NCBI GenBank assembly: GCA_004764695.1
Contig: SMSO01000006.1
Location: 635,859 to 699,858, forward strand
Direction: 5' to 3'
Source: Schizochytrium sp. TIO01
Lineage: Eukaryota > Protista > Bigyra: Labyrinthulomycetes
DNA: 64,000 bases
Shown here: positions 23,003-35,277 of the stretch, piece after piece
How the letters are laid out: each line of letters begins with the position of its first letter
How positions within the stretch are numbered: position 1 is the stretch's first letter
The notes under the pieces: generated by a model
What the model saw: only the letters and a program-made list of their open reading frames with translations
What the model was told of the DNA's origin: nothing
Databases searched by the model: none
Made by a program: the position numbers and the translations under genes

Positions 23003-25116
23003 TTACGGTTCGGGAACTCGGATAGCATATGTCTCAATGACCTTGGCCACAGGGATTGCATCGACATCTTTGCCAGGAAGACCATTGAGTCGCCGCTTTC
23101 GAAATCGGTGAATTCCATAACCAAAGACTCCCAAAAATGCAGCAGCACCCACGGCACTTGGAGCGGCGATAATGGCAATCGACTTGGTCGATGCTGCAAC
23201 TACAGAGGCTGTTGGATTAATCGTAGGACTCTCCGTGGATAAAAATGGGCTTGGGGCGCTTGTTGTTGCTACTGGGGCTGAGGTAGATGTGGGCGCAGGC
23301 GTGGAGACAGGAGCTTCTGTTGAAGTTGGGGCTGTAGAAGGAGCTCCCGTCATGGTCGGCGCCTCTGTCGTAGGTGCTCCTGTCGTTGGAACTGTTGTAG
23401 GGGCAGATGTGGTAGGACACGATCCGCTGTTCCCAGGTAAGTGCTGATCACTAATCCATGAGAGATTAGGTTGCTCTCCACATAATGGATTGCCTGTTGC
23501 CCAGCTTTTATATTTAAGAGGCACTCAGCCCGAGCATATTCGTTCAAAGTTAGTTTTCATTATTATCATTTGGCTAATGTTTCAACTTACAATGTGTTAA
23601 GGTTTGTCAAGGCAGTCAGTCCCATAGGTAAAGATTGAATGTTATTGTCGCTGATATTCCTGTGATCACTCAAGATTGTATTATTCCGAAAATGGTATAA
23701 ATAAACTTTGTTAGTCGTAAGTTCCTCGCTCTGTTGCTCTGTTGTATCAGATGCGATACTTAAACTTACAACCATGTCAATGCCTCGAAATCTAGCACCA
23801 CACTAGGAAAGGTATAAAATTCATTCTGGTCGAGAGCCCTGTGAAATATAATAGAGAGTATAATATGTTAACACGCGTTTTTCCAATCAATAGATAAGCT
23901 TTCTCTTTCAATCATTTGTCGTAACGTACAACAAAGTAGGATCAAGTAATGACCACGCAGATGGGAGAGAAGAAAGGGAGTTCTTGCTCAGGTAGCTGTG
24001 AGACGCGAAAAAAAAAAACCAAAAAAAACATATGAGTAATGAAGCAAATGCAGAGCGATAATTAAAGGATAAGAACGTACAGTTGATCAAGGGTAGTGAT
24101 TGCACCCAATACATCCGGGAGGCTAGTAAATTCATTTGAGGCGAGGTCACTATGGATTGCATCATGACATACGTTAGAAACATATTCCCTACATATGTTT
24201 GGACATGACAAATTTGATGCGTGGAAGCATTGAATACACTTACAGAATTTCAAGACTCGTAAGGCCGTCAAGTGTTGAGGGAAGGGAGTCCAGCTGGTTC
24301 GATGATACATTGCTGTTTTTAGTAGTGGCAGGGACATGTGAGCTTTAGTTCTGGATGAGATTGTCATGATACCAACTTACAGCATTGTCAAAGCTGCCAA
24401 GCTCCCTAAGCTTATAGGCAATTCAGCTAGCAGATTATTTTCCATCCGACTATGTCATGCGATACCAAAATAGAAGAATAAAGGGTGCTATATTAGTACT
24501 TTTGCATAATGGATTATCAAAAAAAATTCTTCAATCTTTGCAAACTTACAATGTTTTTAAAGCATTTAAAGTGCTTATTTCGTCAGTAATAGTCTCCAAA
24601 GCATTGTCAGCAATTACACTGTGGAATCATTGAAATTAATGTATGCAGGTTAGCGATATTTACTTGAAGCTACAGAGCTACTCTGTATTATAGTTTCACG
24701 GAGTACTTACAGTGTTGTGAGTTTGGTTAGAGACGAAATTGTCGATGGTATACTGCTGATACTTCCCTTGATCTCACTAAAGGTTGACAGTATAAAGTGT
24801 TGTTAGGAATTGCTTCTTCATAATTGTGCAAGAGTGAAACAATCTTGCTATTTGGGGCAACTTACAGGTACTGCAAATTCACCGCTTCGGCCGTTCCTGT
24901 TGGGAAGTCTGTGCATTCCAGGCAAGTCAACGTCGTCAATGTAGTTAAGAGGCTTAAGACTGCACTGCAGCTACTTCCATTGCATTCACTTGTTCCGCAG
25001 GCACCGTTTGATGTGCATGGGTCTGCGCCGTGAAGAACGTGTGCCTGATCAAGCAGGATGCTCAGTATTACCAATACCATTAGAGACCTTTCACGACCCC
25101 ATTTGAACAGATCCAT
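23003..25116 (-). CDS. Leucine-rich-repeat receptor-like type I membrane protein, 10 exons, 432 aa
   Basis: Manually spliced exons in transcript order: 25116-24866, 24776-24711, 24618-24550, 24449-24381, 24312-24244, 24149-24081, 23995-23930, 23838-23770, 23659-23591, 23504-23003 (1299 nt, in frame). All donors are GTAAGT/GTACGT and all acceptors end in AG. Product: signal peptide, Cys cap, LxxLxLxxNxLxxLP repeats, GNPLC cap, T/S/P/A stalk, TM helix, RFRKRR and a short tail. Confidence 0.88.
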
Positions 25117-28100
25117 AGTGGACCAGGACCTCCTCTTGTGCAGCTATCTCTTAAGCTGCGTGCCAACTACCCAGTGCTGCTTTTGGTGTTTGATCAGCCC
25201 AAAACGAGCAGGAATCGTTCAACCTGGCCTCCGTTACGTGCACTCGAAGTTGTTGGGCAAGTCTATATCTGTAGCACTTTTGGGTCTCCTGAGTCTTTGC
25301 AATCGACTCGCCAGATCCTTTGAGAGGTCAGCCCCCAAAGACTACTGCTCCACCTTTATAAGCGCTAGTCTCCACGATTTCTACTGCAAGCGACCGCAAT
25401 TGTCCACTAGGTTTTGGTTTGCTCAACTCGCTCTCTAATATTGGTTTAGGCCTAGTCGATTTTATTTGCATTTTGCATCCCGAAGTTTTCATTCTTCATT
25501 GCCCCCCTATTCTTGTATGGCCCATTAGCCGTCTTTCAATCACTCCTAATGTTTAGAATAGGAGCGCCTTAGTATTCTTCCCCCCACACAAGTGACCATG
25601 ACTTCCCTTGCACGTGCCGCCTCTCCAGCTCTCAAAAGGTTTCCTGACTTACGAAGATGCTATAGTTAGTTTTCTCAGTTCGAGGGCTGGCGTGTAGACT
25701 AAAGAGATTAGCGTCTCGTTTCGTCCTTAGGATGGCAGCAGCCCCTCCCCCCCCCCCCCCTGGCGCGCCCTCAGGCTGCAAGTCTGGAATGGATCCTCGA
25801 CGACCTCTGGAACTATGAACGTAATTGACCGCGATGAATTCGTAAATACTATATAGTAGTAGATAGGTACTATCTACTGCGCACTTTTCAATTCTTATCA
25901 ATAGTAACAAGAAAAAGAAGGCAGTAGGCAGTCCCTAGTCGTGCCTTAGCAGTGCTGACTAGCAGTGAATTTACAACTCACTTCAGAACCGTGCTCGAGA
26001 AGCCTGGACTTTGCATAATTCGTCGTTTCTCTCAGCTACTTAAGATCGTCTGTCGCCGACTTGTCTGCTCCGCCCTTGACGCGCGACGAAGGCCTGGCAA
26101 CAACTGTGAGGTGCATCATTTTTCTCCACTGGCTGGCCTCATGAGAAAGCTTAGGGCTATGGAAATACAAGACTGAGATTTGTTGTGCAAGGTTTTCAGA
26201 GCAATGTTAGTATGTCTGGAAACCTTGAGGTCGAGGGGAACTTTGTTAGACGTACACGCATAGGAAGGGGGGCACAGGCAAATGGGGCTCCACAACTTCT
26301 AGCTGATATGTGCTTGTTCTTCAAGACTTATTAACTGGCTCGGCCTCTCGTTTTTCTATTCTACGAAGAAGCTGTGGCAAAGGTTCTAATGCCGTTTGGC
26401 ACCATGTGCAACATTGCACAAACCAAGGAAGTAACATTTTATAAGCCTGGAATACAGTAGTGCTCACTCACTATCAATATTAGTGGAACATGGGGTACTC
26501 ATCGGTGCAAGGTATATAACATTACAACTTGGAGATTGGGCAGTCAGAAGTAGCTGTGCTTGCGCTCAAGTATGAAACTCTGTAGGTACTACTCGTATGA
26601 ATACCCTTCAGTTCAGCCCTCACGTATTGCACAAAAGTTTTACGAGCAAAGCTTGTCCGGAGGCTTTTGACCTTTGCTTTGAAGACGGTTTCATATTCGA
26701 ATTGAAATGTTAGGGGCGATGCATGAAGGAAAGCTTGCTTATAAGGCTGGTGCAGAGATAACATGATGGGATGGAACTAATAAGCCAGTGATATGGATGA
26801 ACAATAGCAGCTCCAGAAGACGCTCGAATAAAAGGCTTGAAGAACATCTCGGGAGATACTAAGCAAACAAATCCTCGAAGAAGCGAGGGTAGTGGGGTTT
26901 GTCTGTTGGGTAAATTTAGACTCATTGGCGTTTTCGGTCTCTACTACTGCTTTCAAGTTGAGGCCTCAACTTTGTTAACCATGTTGCAAAAATAAGGTCA
27001 TTGAACTGGTTGAGTTAGTTCGTTCGTGAATGCACGTACGGCATGATTCCTGTCGGCTTGCTTGAGGAATTGGTCTCAGATCCCAGGGTTTGTCATAAAT
27101 ATTCCCACTAGCTGAAGCCTTCGCACTTGATAAGACTACTTAACCAAAACAATAAGAGATATGGAATCAAGAGGTGTGAACCCTCGCAAACTTGGATTTA
27201 ATCTCGGCTCTCATCGCACAGCCCAAGAACTTCCTCCGAGCCATTGCGGAACATACTACACCTGTGCAAAATCGCGTCACAAGAGCAGTTTCCCAGCACC
27301 TCGCAAGTGCCATTGAGTCCTCTTCTTTAGCATCACTTGCTGCCTATATCTAGAAATCAAGATTTCTATTCATAAACAGTGTTTAATCTCAAATGTTACT
27401 TCGACTACCTACCTCATAAACAGGAATGTAGGCAGGCACACACCTACGATCGCAAGTAGGTTACTACTACTGCTACTACTAGTACCCCTTATGATGCCCT
27501 TCTTGTGTCGGAACACCGGAGCTGCATATTCGTCTTCGTAACAGCTGCCCATATCGTATGTGCCACGTCTGCTATGGAAGGTTCGCGCCAAGCGTAAAGG
27601 ATTTCATTTGTGGCGAGCCACATCTAAGCAATCCTTCACTCGGTCGATGAATTCCGATTGAGCGTATAGCGCTACTTTGCAATTCAGAGCAGATGTAGTG
27701 GCAGATCCCTACTGTTTTCGTTAGACAGGGTGTAGATTTCGTTTGGTTAGGAGCCTGCTACCTTCTCGGTAGCAACTCCAGGAAGAAACAATCGACCATT
27801 TGCCAAGTGATACTACTTGATTAGCAGGCAGTAGGCACAGTATGTCCCTGTTTTATAGGGCTGACTGACTATTCCGATTAAAGGCGGCTTTGGGATTATG
27901 CATGTATTTTTTAAGTTAATTAATTAGAAATTCTTAATTAAAAGAAGAAGAAAAGTACTTTCTTTTGGGGGTACATAGGGACTAGTAGATATAACTATGC
28001 AGCCGCTAGCGAGAACTATTTGATTGACCCGATGCGACTGCCTGAGATGACCATACATACAAGAACAGATGGTACCTCGCCACTGCCGCTTGAGCATCAG

Positions 28101-28859
28101 GGTTTACTGCGTAGGCTGTGGCTAGCTGCCTAGCAGGCGACTTCAGGGTTGGCTTAGGCAGCCTCGCGTTTGTTTGTTGGGGTGTGCGGAGCCCATTGGT
28201 TTACATCATTTTTTTTGTTTGTTTTGTTTGTTTTGTTTGTTTTGTTTGTTTTCTGTTTATTTTTGTTGATTTGTTTTAAAATTAAAAAATAATTGTTAGG
28301 CTTCTGCGTAACTACTTCAGGAGGGAAGAGGCGAATCCTCACGTTTGAAGCTGCATCTAGATGGCCAGAAGATGGAGAGCGAGCGTGCCGAGATATACAG
28401 AACCTCGAAGGAAATATTTAGCATAATCTAAAGCTGGTTATACCCATAGTGCATGCTCTATCGATTCATTCGTACTGATTTTTTATAATTTCTATGGAAC
28501 TGTACGTACAAATATTGTTTTCTCTTTTCGTTGGCGGTGTCGTTGTCGTTTTACGATTGCAGTTGAAATCGAGTTGCCACAGCGCGAGGCTTGCGTAGCA
28601 ACTTGTCGCTAAGCAAATCTGATCGATGTAGACGTCTAATTGAAGAACGGTGGTTCTCAATTGTTTTCAGTATGCTGAGAAAGCGAATGGAAAATTACTT
28701 ATCAATGATAAGAAGAGCGAAGCCAGAAACAGCGTCTAAGCCCTACAATCTTCGTTGCGCCTGGTTTGCGAGCGTCGTCACGCATCGTTGAAGTAGAAAA
28801 ATATAATAAAATTTGTCGTTAGTTTTCTTATTATTGTTTTCAAAATGAATTGGATGGAT

Positions 28860-28883
28860 GCTAGCTAGCTAGCTAGCTAGCTA
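28860..28883. repeat. (GCTA)n self-complementary microsatellite
   Basis: Seen directly; similar tracts at about 13200 and 13648. Confidence 0.85.
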
Positions 28884-30120
28884 TAGTAGCTACTCAGCGG
28901 GTTCTGATGGAGTTGAGGCTTGCATGAACTACATCAACAAGCTTTTTTGGAGTTTTTTTTTATTTTTTTTCCAGGACGCAAAGCTTCAGACGGATAATCT
29001 CATTATCTGGAGCTTGATAAAGTACTTACATATGCGAAGACACAACTCAGCTTAACTGCTAATCCTTGCTGTACTGGCCATAATTCCATGCTTTGTGCCT
29101 GAATGTGGCCTCTGTCATAACAAGGGTCTGTCCACCCATTCGGAAAAAGGTTAAAGTCTTCTTCTTCTAGCCTAATGCACAATCCGCCTCGTAACCTTAC
29201 AAAATCCACGAATCCTGTTAAAAAAAGAAGAAGAAGACAAAGACGGAAAATGAGCACGATTTTTAGATAAAGGAACGTTACTCGGAGCTTCCCATCTTTA
29301 TGAGGATTTTGCAAACATCATCTCTACATTGCTGGCTGGTACTGGTATTTATTCCACAATGGTTTCCATTCCGCCACGATGGTTTGGCTATTCTGAGTAG
29401 CTCTTTTGATGAAACTCCCAATTGTTGCCACATCCAGTTTTTGCCTCACTGTTGCAGCGTTTTGGTGGTATTGCGAGGCACCATACCCTTCGTGGCTAGC
29501 CAACCAGCTAGGTAGCAAGTTGATTTGCTGCAATTTGAACCCTTCCGTAGTTCGAGGCAAAGAAACGAACGTTTTCTCAAACTCAGATTTACAGATGATA
29601 CAAAGGCACGCGAGGAAGGCTCAAATTACTTCAGGTATCCGCAAGTACAACACTGTTGACTCAATGCCTTCTCCATAGGCCAGGCTTTCTGGACCCCTCA
29701 CGAGCCAAGGGAAACTCAGCCTCGCCTAAACAGCATTTTCTGACGAATTACCCAGCTAACAAGCAAGCAGTCAAAGCCAATCACTCCAAGGACCTACGAG
29801 CACAGGATCTCTCATGGTCTCAACATTGCCAGCAGCTGCCTTCTCTACAGTCACCGCATCGATCTCCTTCGCTTTCACAAAGTTAGCTTGCAGTTACTCA
29901 GCTGAGCTGCCTCGATACTCACAGCCTTTCAGCTCATTGCAGGGTTGTGCCTGAGGTTTTAGGATACCGACAATTTTCAGGATATCCAGCGGTGTCTTCA
30001 GGCGGTCCAGGCCTCCCAAAGCCCCGGCGTGGGCGCGAATTGCAGCATGAGGGCCCTTCGAGCCTCGCGATGCAATGCGCCAAATTACGAGAGCCCAACG
30101 GAGAAGAATCCTCAATCATA

Positions 30121-30172
30121 TTCATTCAATTATTCATTCATTCATTCATTCATTCATTCATTCATTCATTCA
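30121..30172. repeat. (CATT)n microsatellite
   Basis: Seen directly, imperfect at its start. Confidence 0.85.
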
Positions 30173-30845
30173 TCGCTATTAATCACTGCTTCCGCAGCAG
30201 AAAAAGAGAAGAAAAAAGATTGCTCTCCAGGCAGCGTAGAAAGCTGTCTTCGAGGCCATCTCTGCGTGGCCGTGCCCTCCAGCCGCGCTTGTGCATCCTC
30301 TGAAGGGTCTCCCGGTTGCTCTCGTGCACCGCCGGTGCTCTATCTCCAACAGAAGGCCATCCTCACGAAGACATCGATGTAATCTTTATGTGTTTCTGCA
30401 CTACATTCGATCGATCTATCAGCAACATCATCATTTTTTTATTTTACTTTTTACTGACATTATTAAAAGTTTACAACTTGAACACGATTAATTGTCTTTA
30501 TCATTATAATGATGATTTTGGTTGATTTTAGAGATGATAAAAAAGAAGAAGATAAATAGAGTGATACTATGACATCACGAATGCCAAAGTACCATTTCTT
30601 ACAGGTGAGTGAATTGGTAAACTCCGCTCGCCACTCGAGAAGATGCAGGCCGTTGCCAGGCCGTAGCTGCGGCAGGCGGGCCGAGCGGGGTCTTCTGGGC
30701 GCGGCACAGGCGTCCGCAGAGGGGCCCTGGCAGGCTTGGAGAGGCTCTGGAGCGGCGCGGCCCTTTTATGACAGGCCTTGAGTGGATTGTTGCTGTGACT
30801 GATTGTTGATTCACTCACTCAATCACTCACCATCGTAAGGAATGC

Positions 30846-30847
<2 letters not shown>

Positions 30848-30880
<33 letters not shown>
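30848..30880. repeat. (ATT)n microsatellite
   Basis: Seen directly. Confidence 0.9.
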
Positions 30881-31474
30881 GCTATCATTGATTTTTAATT
30901 AAACTCATCGGCATAAAGGACCTCTCTCTCTCTCTCTTTCTCTCTCTCTCTTTCTGGCCAGGGCTATGCGCATCTACGGATAACGCTAAGGCGCGACTCT
31001 GTAAAGACCCATTCTTAAATCAGTTTTCACTCATTTAGAACTTTCAATTGCGTCTCTCTCCTAGGCGCCCCTAGGCACTGCTAGCCCTTCAAAAGGTACG
31101 CAACTGCTCCTAGCGGCTTGAGGGTACTCTTATACAATTCGGTAGCTATGGGCATCGTGATAAGAAGCCTTCCATTTATTTATTAATTAATTAATTAATT
31201 TATTAATTAATTTATTTATTCCAATTCTTTTACGCGGTACCGGTTAGCACTATCTAATGCCTCCGTAGCCCTTGTTTATTCACTTTATTCTTTTAAGTGT
31301 AGTAGTTAAAAAAACAAAATTAAAATAAAAAGCTCTAAACGAAAAGCTCTTGAAGTTTATTATTATTGCTATTACCATTAATATATGATACCTCACGCTG
31401 ATAAAGAAGCTGAGCGCATTTGGTATCAATACTGAGCATCATAAGGCACTTACATGCTTCTATTTTACCCATCT

Positions 31475-31560
31475 AAATCAAATCAAATCAAATCAAATCA
31501 AATCAAATCAAATCAAATCAAATTAAATCAAATCAAATCAAATCAAATCAAATCAAATCA
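31475..31560. repeat. (AAATC)n pentanucleotide microsatellite, about 17 units
   Basis: Seen directly, with one AAATT variant. Confidence 0.95.
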
Positions 31561-33222
31561 ACAAACAACATTGAATGTCCATTCTAATTAATTGATGCCT
31601 ATCTCTCTATATAACAAACATTTCTATAAAATTAAAAATAAAATAAGCATTCATGGGATTGACAGATAAACAAACAATAAACAAACAAACAATAAACAAA
31701 CAAATGCCCAGAATCGGCCGAAGCATTACGGGGTTGCGCGGCGCCGCTCGCGACGGGCCCTGCCTTCGGGCGGCCTGGGGGGCGGTCTGCGGCGCCTCCC
31801 TCGCCCCGGCGCCTCCTCCTGCCGGCCCCGCCCTGCGCCACCTCGAGGAACTCCGCGTGGACCTGTAAGTAGGCGAGGCGAGGCAGCCGTAAGCAGCAGC
31901 AGCAGCAGCCGCGCGATTTTCCCGCTCGAGCTGTCCTATGCTTTTATCTATGTAGGCACTAGGAATCGGGCGGTGCTTCGTAAAGGCGGGTTTCCTGCCG
32001 CCGTGCCTGAGCGGCCTCGTGGCGCCGCAGGCGGATAAGGGCCCGGGCGCGGCGAGGGAGGGGAGAGGGACCCCTGAGGCGGCCTCCGCAGGCCCACGCG
32101 GCCGGCGGAGGCGGCGGCGGCCCAATCCACGCGGTGCAGTGCGAGGAATGTACGGATGAAAGAACTTATGAGACGCACATTAGAGTTTTACTTTAGTGCT
32201 TTCGCCTTAAAAGGTTTTTACATTGAATTTAATAAGAATGAAATGAAATGGAAAGTAATAAGGATAATAATAAAATAATAAGAAAATAGCAATCAAAAGT
32301 TCGCTCAGCTTGCTTGAGATGGCCGAAGAAGAAACAAACAAACAAATAAATAACCAACCAGCAAATTGCTATCTATACGCCCGTCCTGCTTGGCCTCACG
32401 TGCGAAGGCGTTGTCAAGAGGCCTTCACGCGGTTCGACTGCTTAAGAATGAGCGGATCATGCTTTTACGCACCTCTGTGTTTTTGAGGAAGGAAGAGATG
32501 AATCGAAGAATTAATCATTTCTTTTTCTTTTCTTTTTCTTTTTCTTTTTCTTTTTCTTTTTTCCTTCTCCTTCTTGTAAAGTAAATGAATAAAATGTATT
32601 TTTAATGAATGAATGAATGAATGAATTAGTTGAAAATTGTTTCTTTTAAGCTCCATGAGGATTGACCGCTTCTGCTTTAGAGTGAAGAATGCGAATAAGC
32701 GTTGAGGCGGAATGCCGCCGTGGGGATCCTGCGAAGGGGGGCCTGGAAGCCGCACAGCGAGGCGACGAAGAGCGCGACGTGGACCCGTAAGGAGCCCATC
32801 GCCGCGGCGGAGGCTTCCTCTCCGCTCCCTTGACACAATGGTTTTCACAGGCGGCCTCTGTACAGAGTTCTTTCTACCTAGGGATTACAGTGGGCGGGGT
32901 GCTAGCTGGGTAGCTAGGTAAACCCTTAGCAAAAAAGAAAGTATTTTTCTCCATCTTAGGCCTTATCAGCGCTAAAGAAAGAAAGAAAGAAAGAAAGAAA
33001 GAAGAAAGAAAAAGTCGTAGATGTATTATATATATATATATATATACATACGTAGATGCTTCTTGCACTTTTCATCACTATTCTTGAAAGAAAGGGTTTA
33101 CAACACCCGAAAGTGAGAAGAGTGAATAGCCCATTACGAGAAAGCTTGCAAGTGGAGTATAGGCAGGGCGTACTGTAGAGCGTTTGCAATAGCCGATAGT
33201 GCTGTGTAAAGTAAACAAGAAC

Positions 33223-33360
33223 AAACCACACTAAAGTAAAAGAGAAAAAATTATAAAGACCTACAGTCGGGCAAATGGCTATACCCTACTGTAGTGTGGT
33301 TTTTGACAACAAGGTTATAGAATTAACAAGTGAGTTATAGGAACAACAAGTAGGTTATAG
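33223..33360. repeat. Inverted repeats plus three 20-bp-phased direct repeats upstream of the THAP ORF (putative transposon end)
   Basis: AAACCACACTAAAGTA (33223-33238) matches the reverse complement of TACTGTAGTGTGGTTT (33287-33302) at 15/16. ACAAG..GTTATAG units end at 33320, 33340 and 33360. Confidence 0.65.
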
Positions 33361-33891
33361 CGAAAAAGGCGGGGCTGGCGCTCGCTCACGCGTAGTCGTC
33401 GCGGCTGCAGTATAAAGCGCCGTAGCAGTGCCAATTAGCAGCGACGCGCAGCCTCGAATCCGCTCGGAGCCGGGAAAGGCTTGTTCTCGGTGCGTTTGGA
33501 GGCCTGGGAGGTCGTGGAAACCTCACCTCTTACCCACGAACCGCTCGCTGCGAGGTAACGCGCGTGATCGCGGCATCGGCTTAGGCTGGCTGCCTCTCCT
33601 TTTCCCTCTTTTATTGGCGGCGATTCCTTTCTAACCTCGACATCAATAAGTTTAACCTCGTTGCGACTCCGCTCGTCCGCGCGACACCGGCCAACACGAG
33701 GTTAGCCATTCGGGCCGTTCCCTTCTAGACGGCTCTGCTGCTTGGATTCGCGATCAAAAGGCTCACGCGACGGTGGTTTTCTACGCTGCGTATTGGTTTA
33801 TAAAGACGCGAGTTTTGTAAGTCCTGAAAGGAAATCAAAGGCCAATTTGAAGATAACTCTTGCCAGAGAACTGCTTTGAAATCTTGATACC

Positions 33892-35277
33892 ATGAGGACC
33901 TTGCGCAGAAGATCCACGGAAGGTAAACCCGGAAGATTGTCCGCAATCAGAGCCGAACCCCAGAAGAAGATCCAGACCTCAGTACCGGAAAATTCGGACC
34001 AGTCGCTTCCGCCATGCTTATGTGAGCGCGTGAACGCCAAGCACGCTGGACGCTGCAGGGAGATTGAGGCTCTCCATGGCCCTAACCATGTTCTTTACGG
34101 TCTTCGTATCCACCTGCCCAAACCCGAGAGTTTGTATCACGATAAGAACCGCCGCGAAAGATGGTTAGCTCATCTCGGTATCACCGAAGATGATATTGGA
34201 AACCTTTGCGCTAAAAATACTGTCGTATGCTACACGCACTTCAGACCTGAGTGCTTCGAGCACGTGAGCAAAGATGCACAACGTCGTAAGGTCAAGAAAG
34301 TCATCGCCCCCATCGCTACCACGCAACCCGAAGATCGCATTAAAATTCGTGTTAAAGGAGGTCGAGGAAGGACTCAAGAAGCGGCTTTAGTTGTGCCTGA
34401 CGTCGACTTTGGCCTCCTTGACCCTGCAGAAGCAGCCGCAGCTTCAGCAGCTGCTGCTGCAGCGGCGGCAATCCAAGCGGGAACCGCGGTTCAAACCCCG
34501 CCCCCGAGATCTGCGGCAGCCGCAAGAACTAGAGCCGCAGCATCTTCAAAGGCATCTCCTACAAATAAAATCTCGCAAAAACATACAGTGATGCAGAAAA
34601 TGATTCAAGATATGCACGATGACCCGGAAATTACTGTGCTGGAACTCCTCAGGCTCGGCCAAGAAAATCCGTCGGAAGACTACCTCCGTCGCAAACCCGT
34701 GACGGCTGTAAAGCAGTCACTTTCACCTGCACCTACACCCACAGCTGCATCTACCCCCTCTTTTGCACGCAAGCCTTCTTCTGAAAACAACCAAGACCAT
34801 GACGAGGAAGACGAGAGAAACCAGGGATATGAGCAAAGAATCGAGGACCTCAAAGACCTCCAGCAAGATCTTACGGACATTATCGCACGCAGCAATGCTA
34901 AGCCCTCCCGCGAGCACATTGAGCTCAACGAGAAATTTTCGCGAATCATTGAGGTTTATGAGTCAATGAGGCGATTGCGGGCCGAGGCTGCACGTTGTTC
35001 CAAGGTCTCTCTTGCCGGGATGGACCAGCACACTGATCTGAAAAAATTCTGTACTTTACCCTGGAAAGTGATGGGTGACCTGAAGAAACAGACTGATGAA
35101 GTCATGGCTTCCTGGGCCCCGGAACTCGATGCTCTTGAAGAAGATTATCTCACCGAACTTAAGTTTGCCCAAGATAACGAACAAGTCACTAGGCGTGCTT
35201 CGCTCAAGCGTGCTCCATTCACCTCAGCTGCTGTTAATGCAAGAATGCGCAAGAGACGCTACCCAACAAGATCCTAA
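33892..35277 (+). mobile_element. THAP zinc-finger ORF (461 aa), probable truncated THAP-type DNA transposase or a domesticated derivative
   Basis: THAP hallmarks: N-terminal Cys residues, LPKP...RRERWLAHL...VVCYTHFRPECF...IAP; then an Ala-rich linker, a coiled coil and DLKKFCTLP. No DDE domain before the stop. Confidence 0.6.

Noticed and set aside
31607-32178. Overlapping Arg/Ala/Gly/Pro-rich ORFs in the GC island, including an LRHLEELRVDL|GTAAGT LRR-like snippet
   Set aside because: Stop-poor because of extreme GC. The snippet is on the opposite strand to the LRR gene and lacks the Asn and a 66-69-nt exon frame.
33301-33360. 20-bp periodic repeats as a CRISPR-like array
   Set aside because: Only three short degenerate units, no unique spacers of CRISPR length, no cas genes, and a eukaryotic context.
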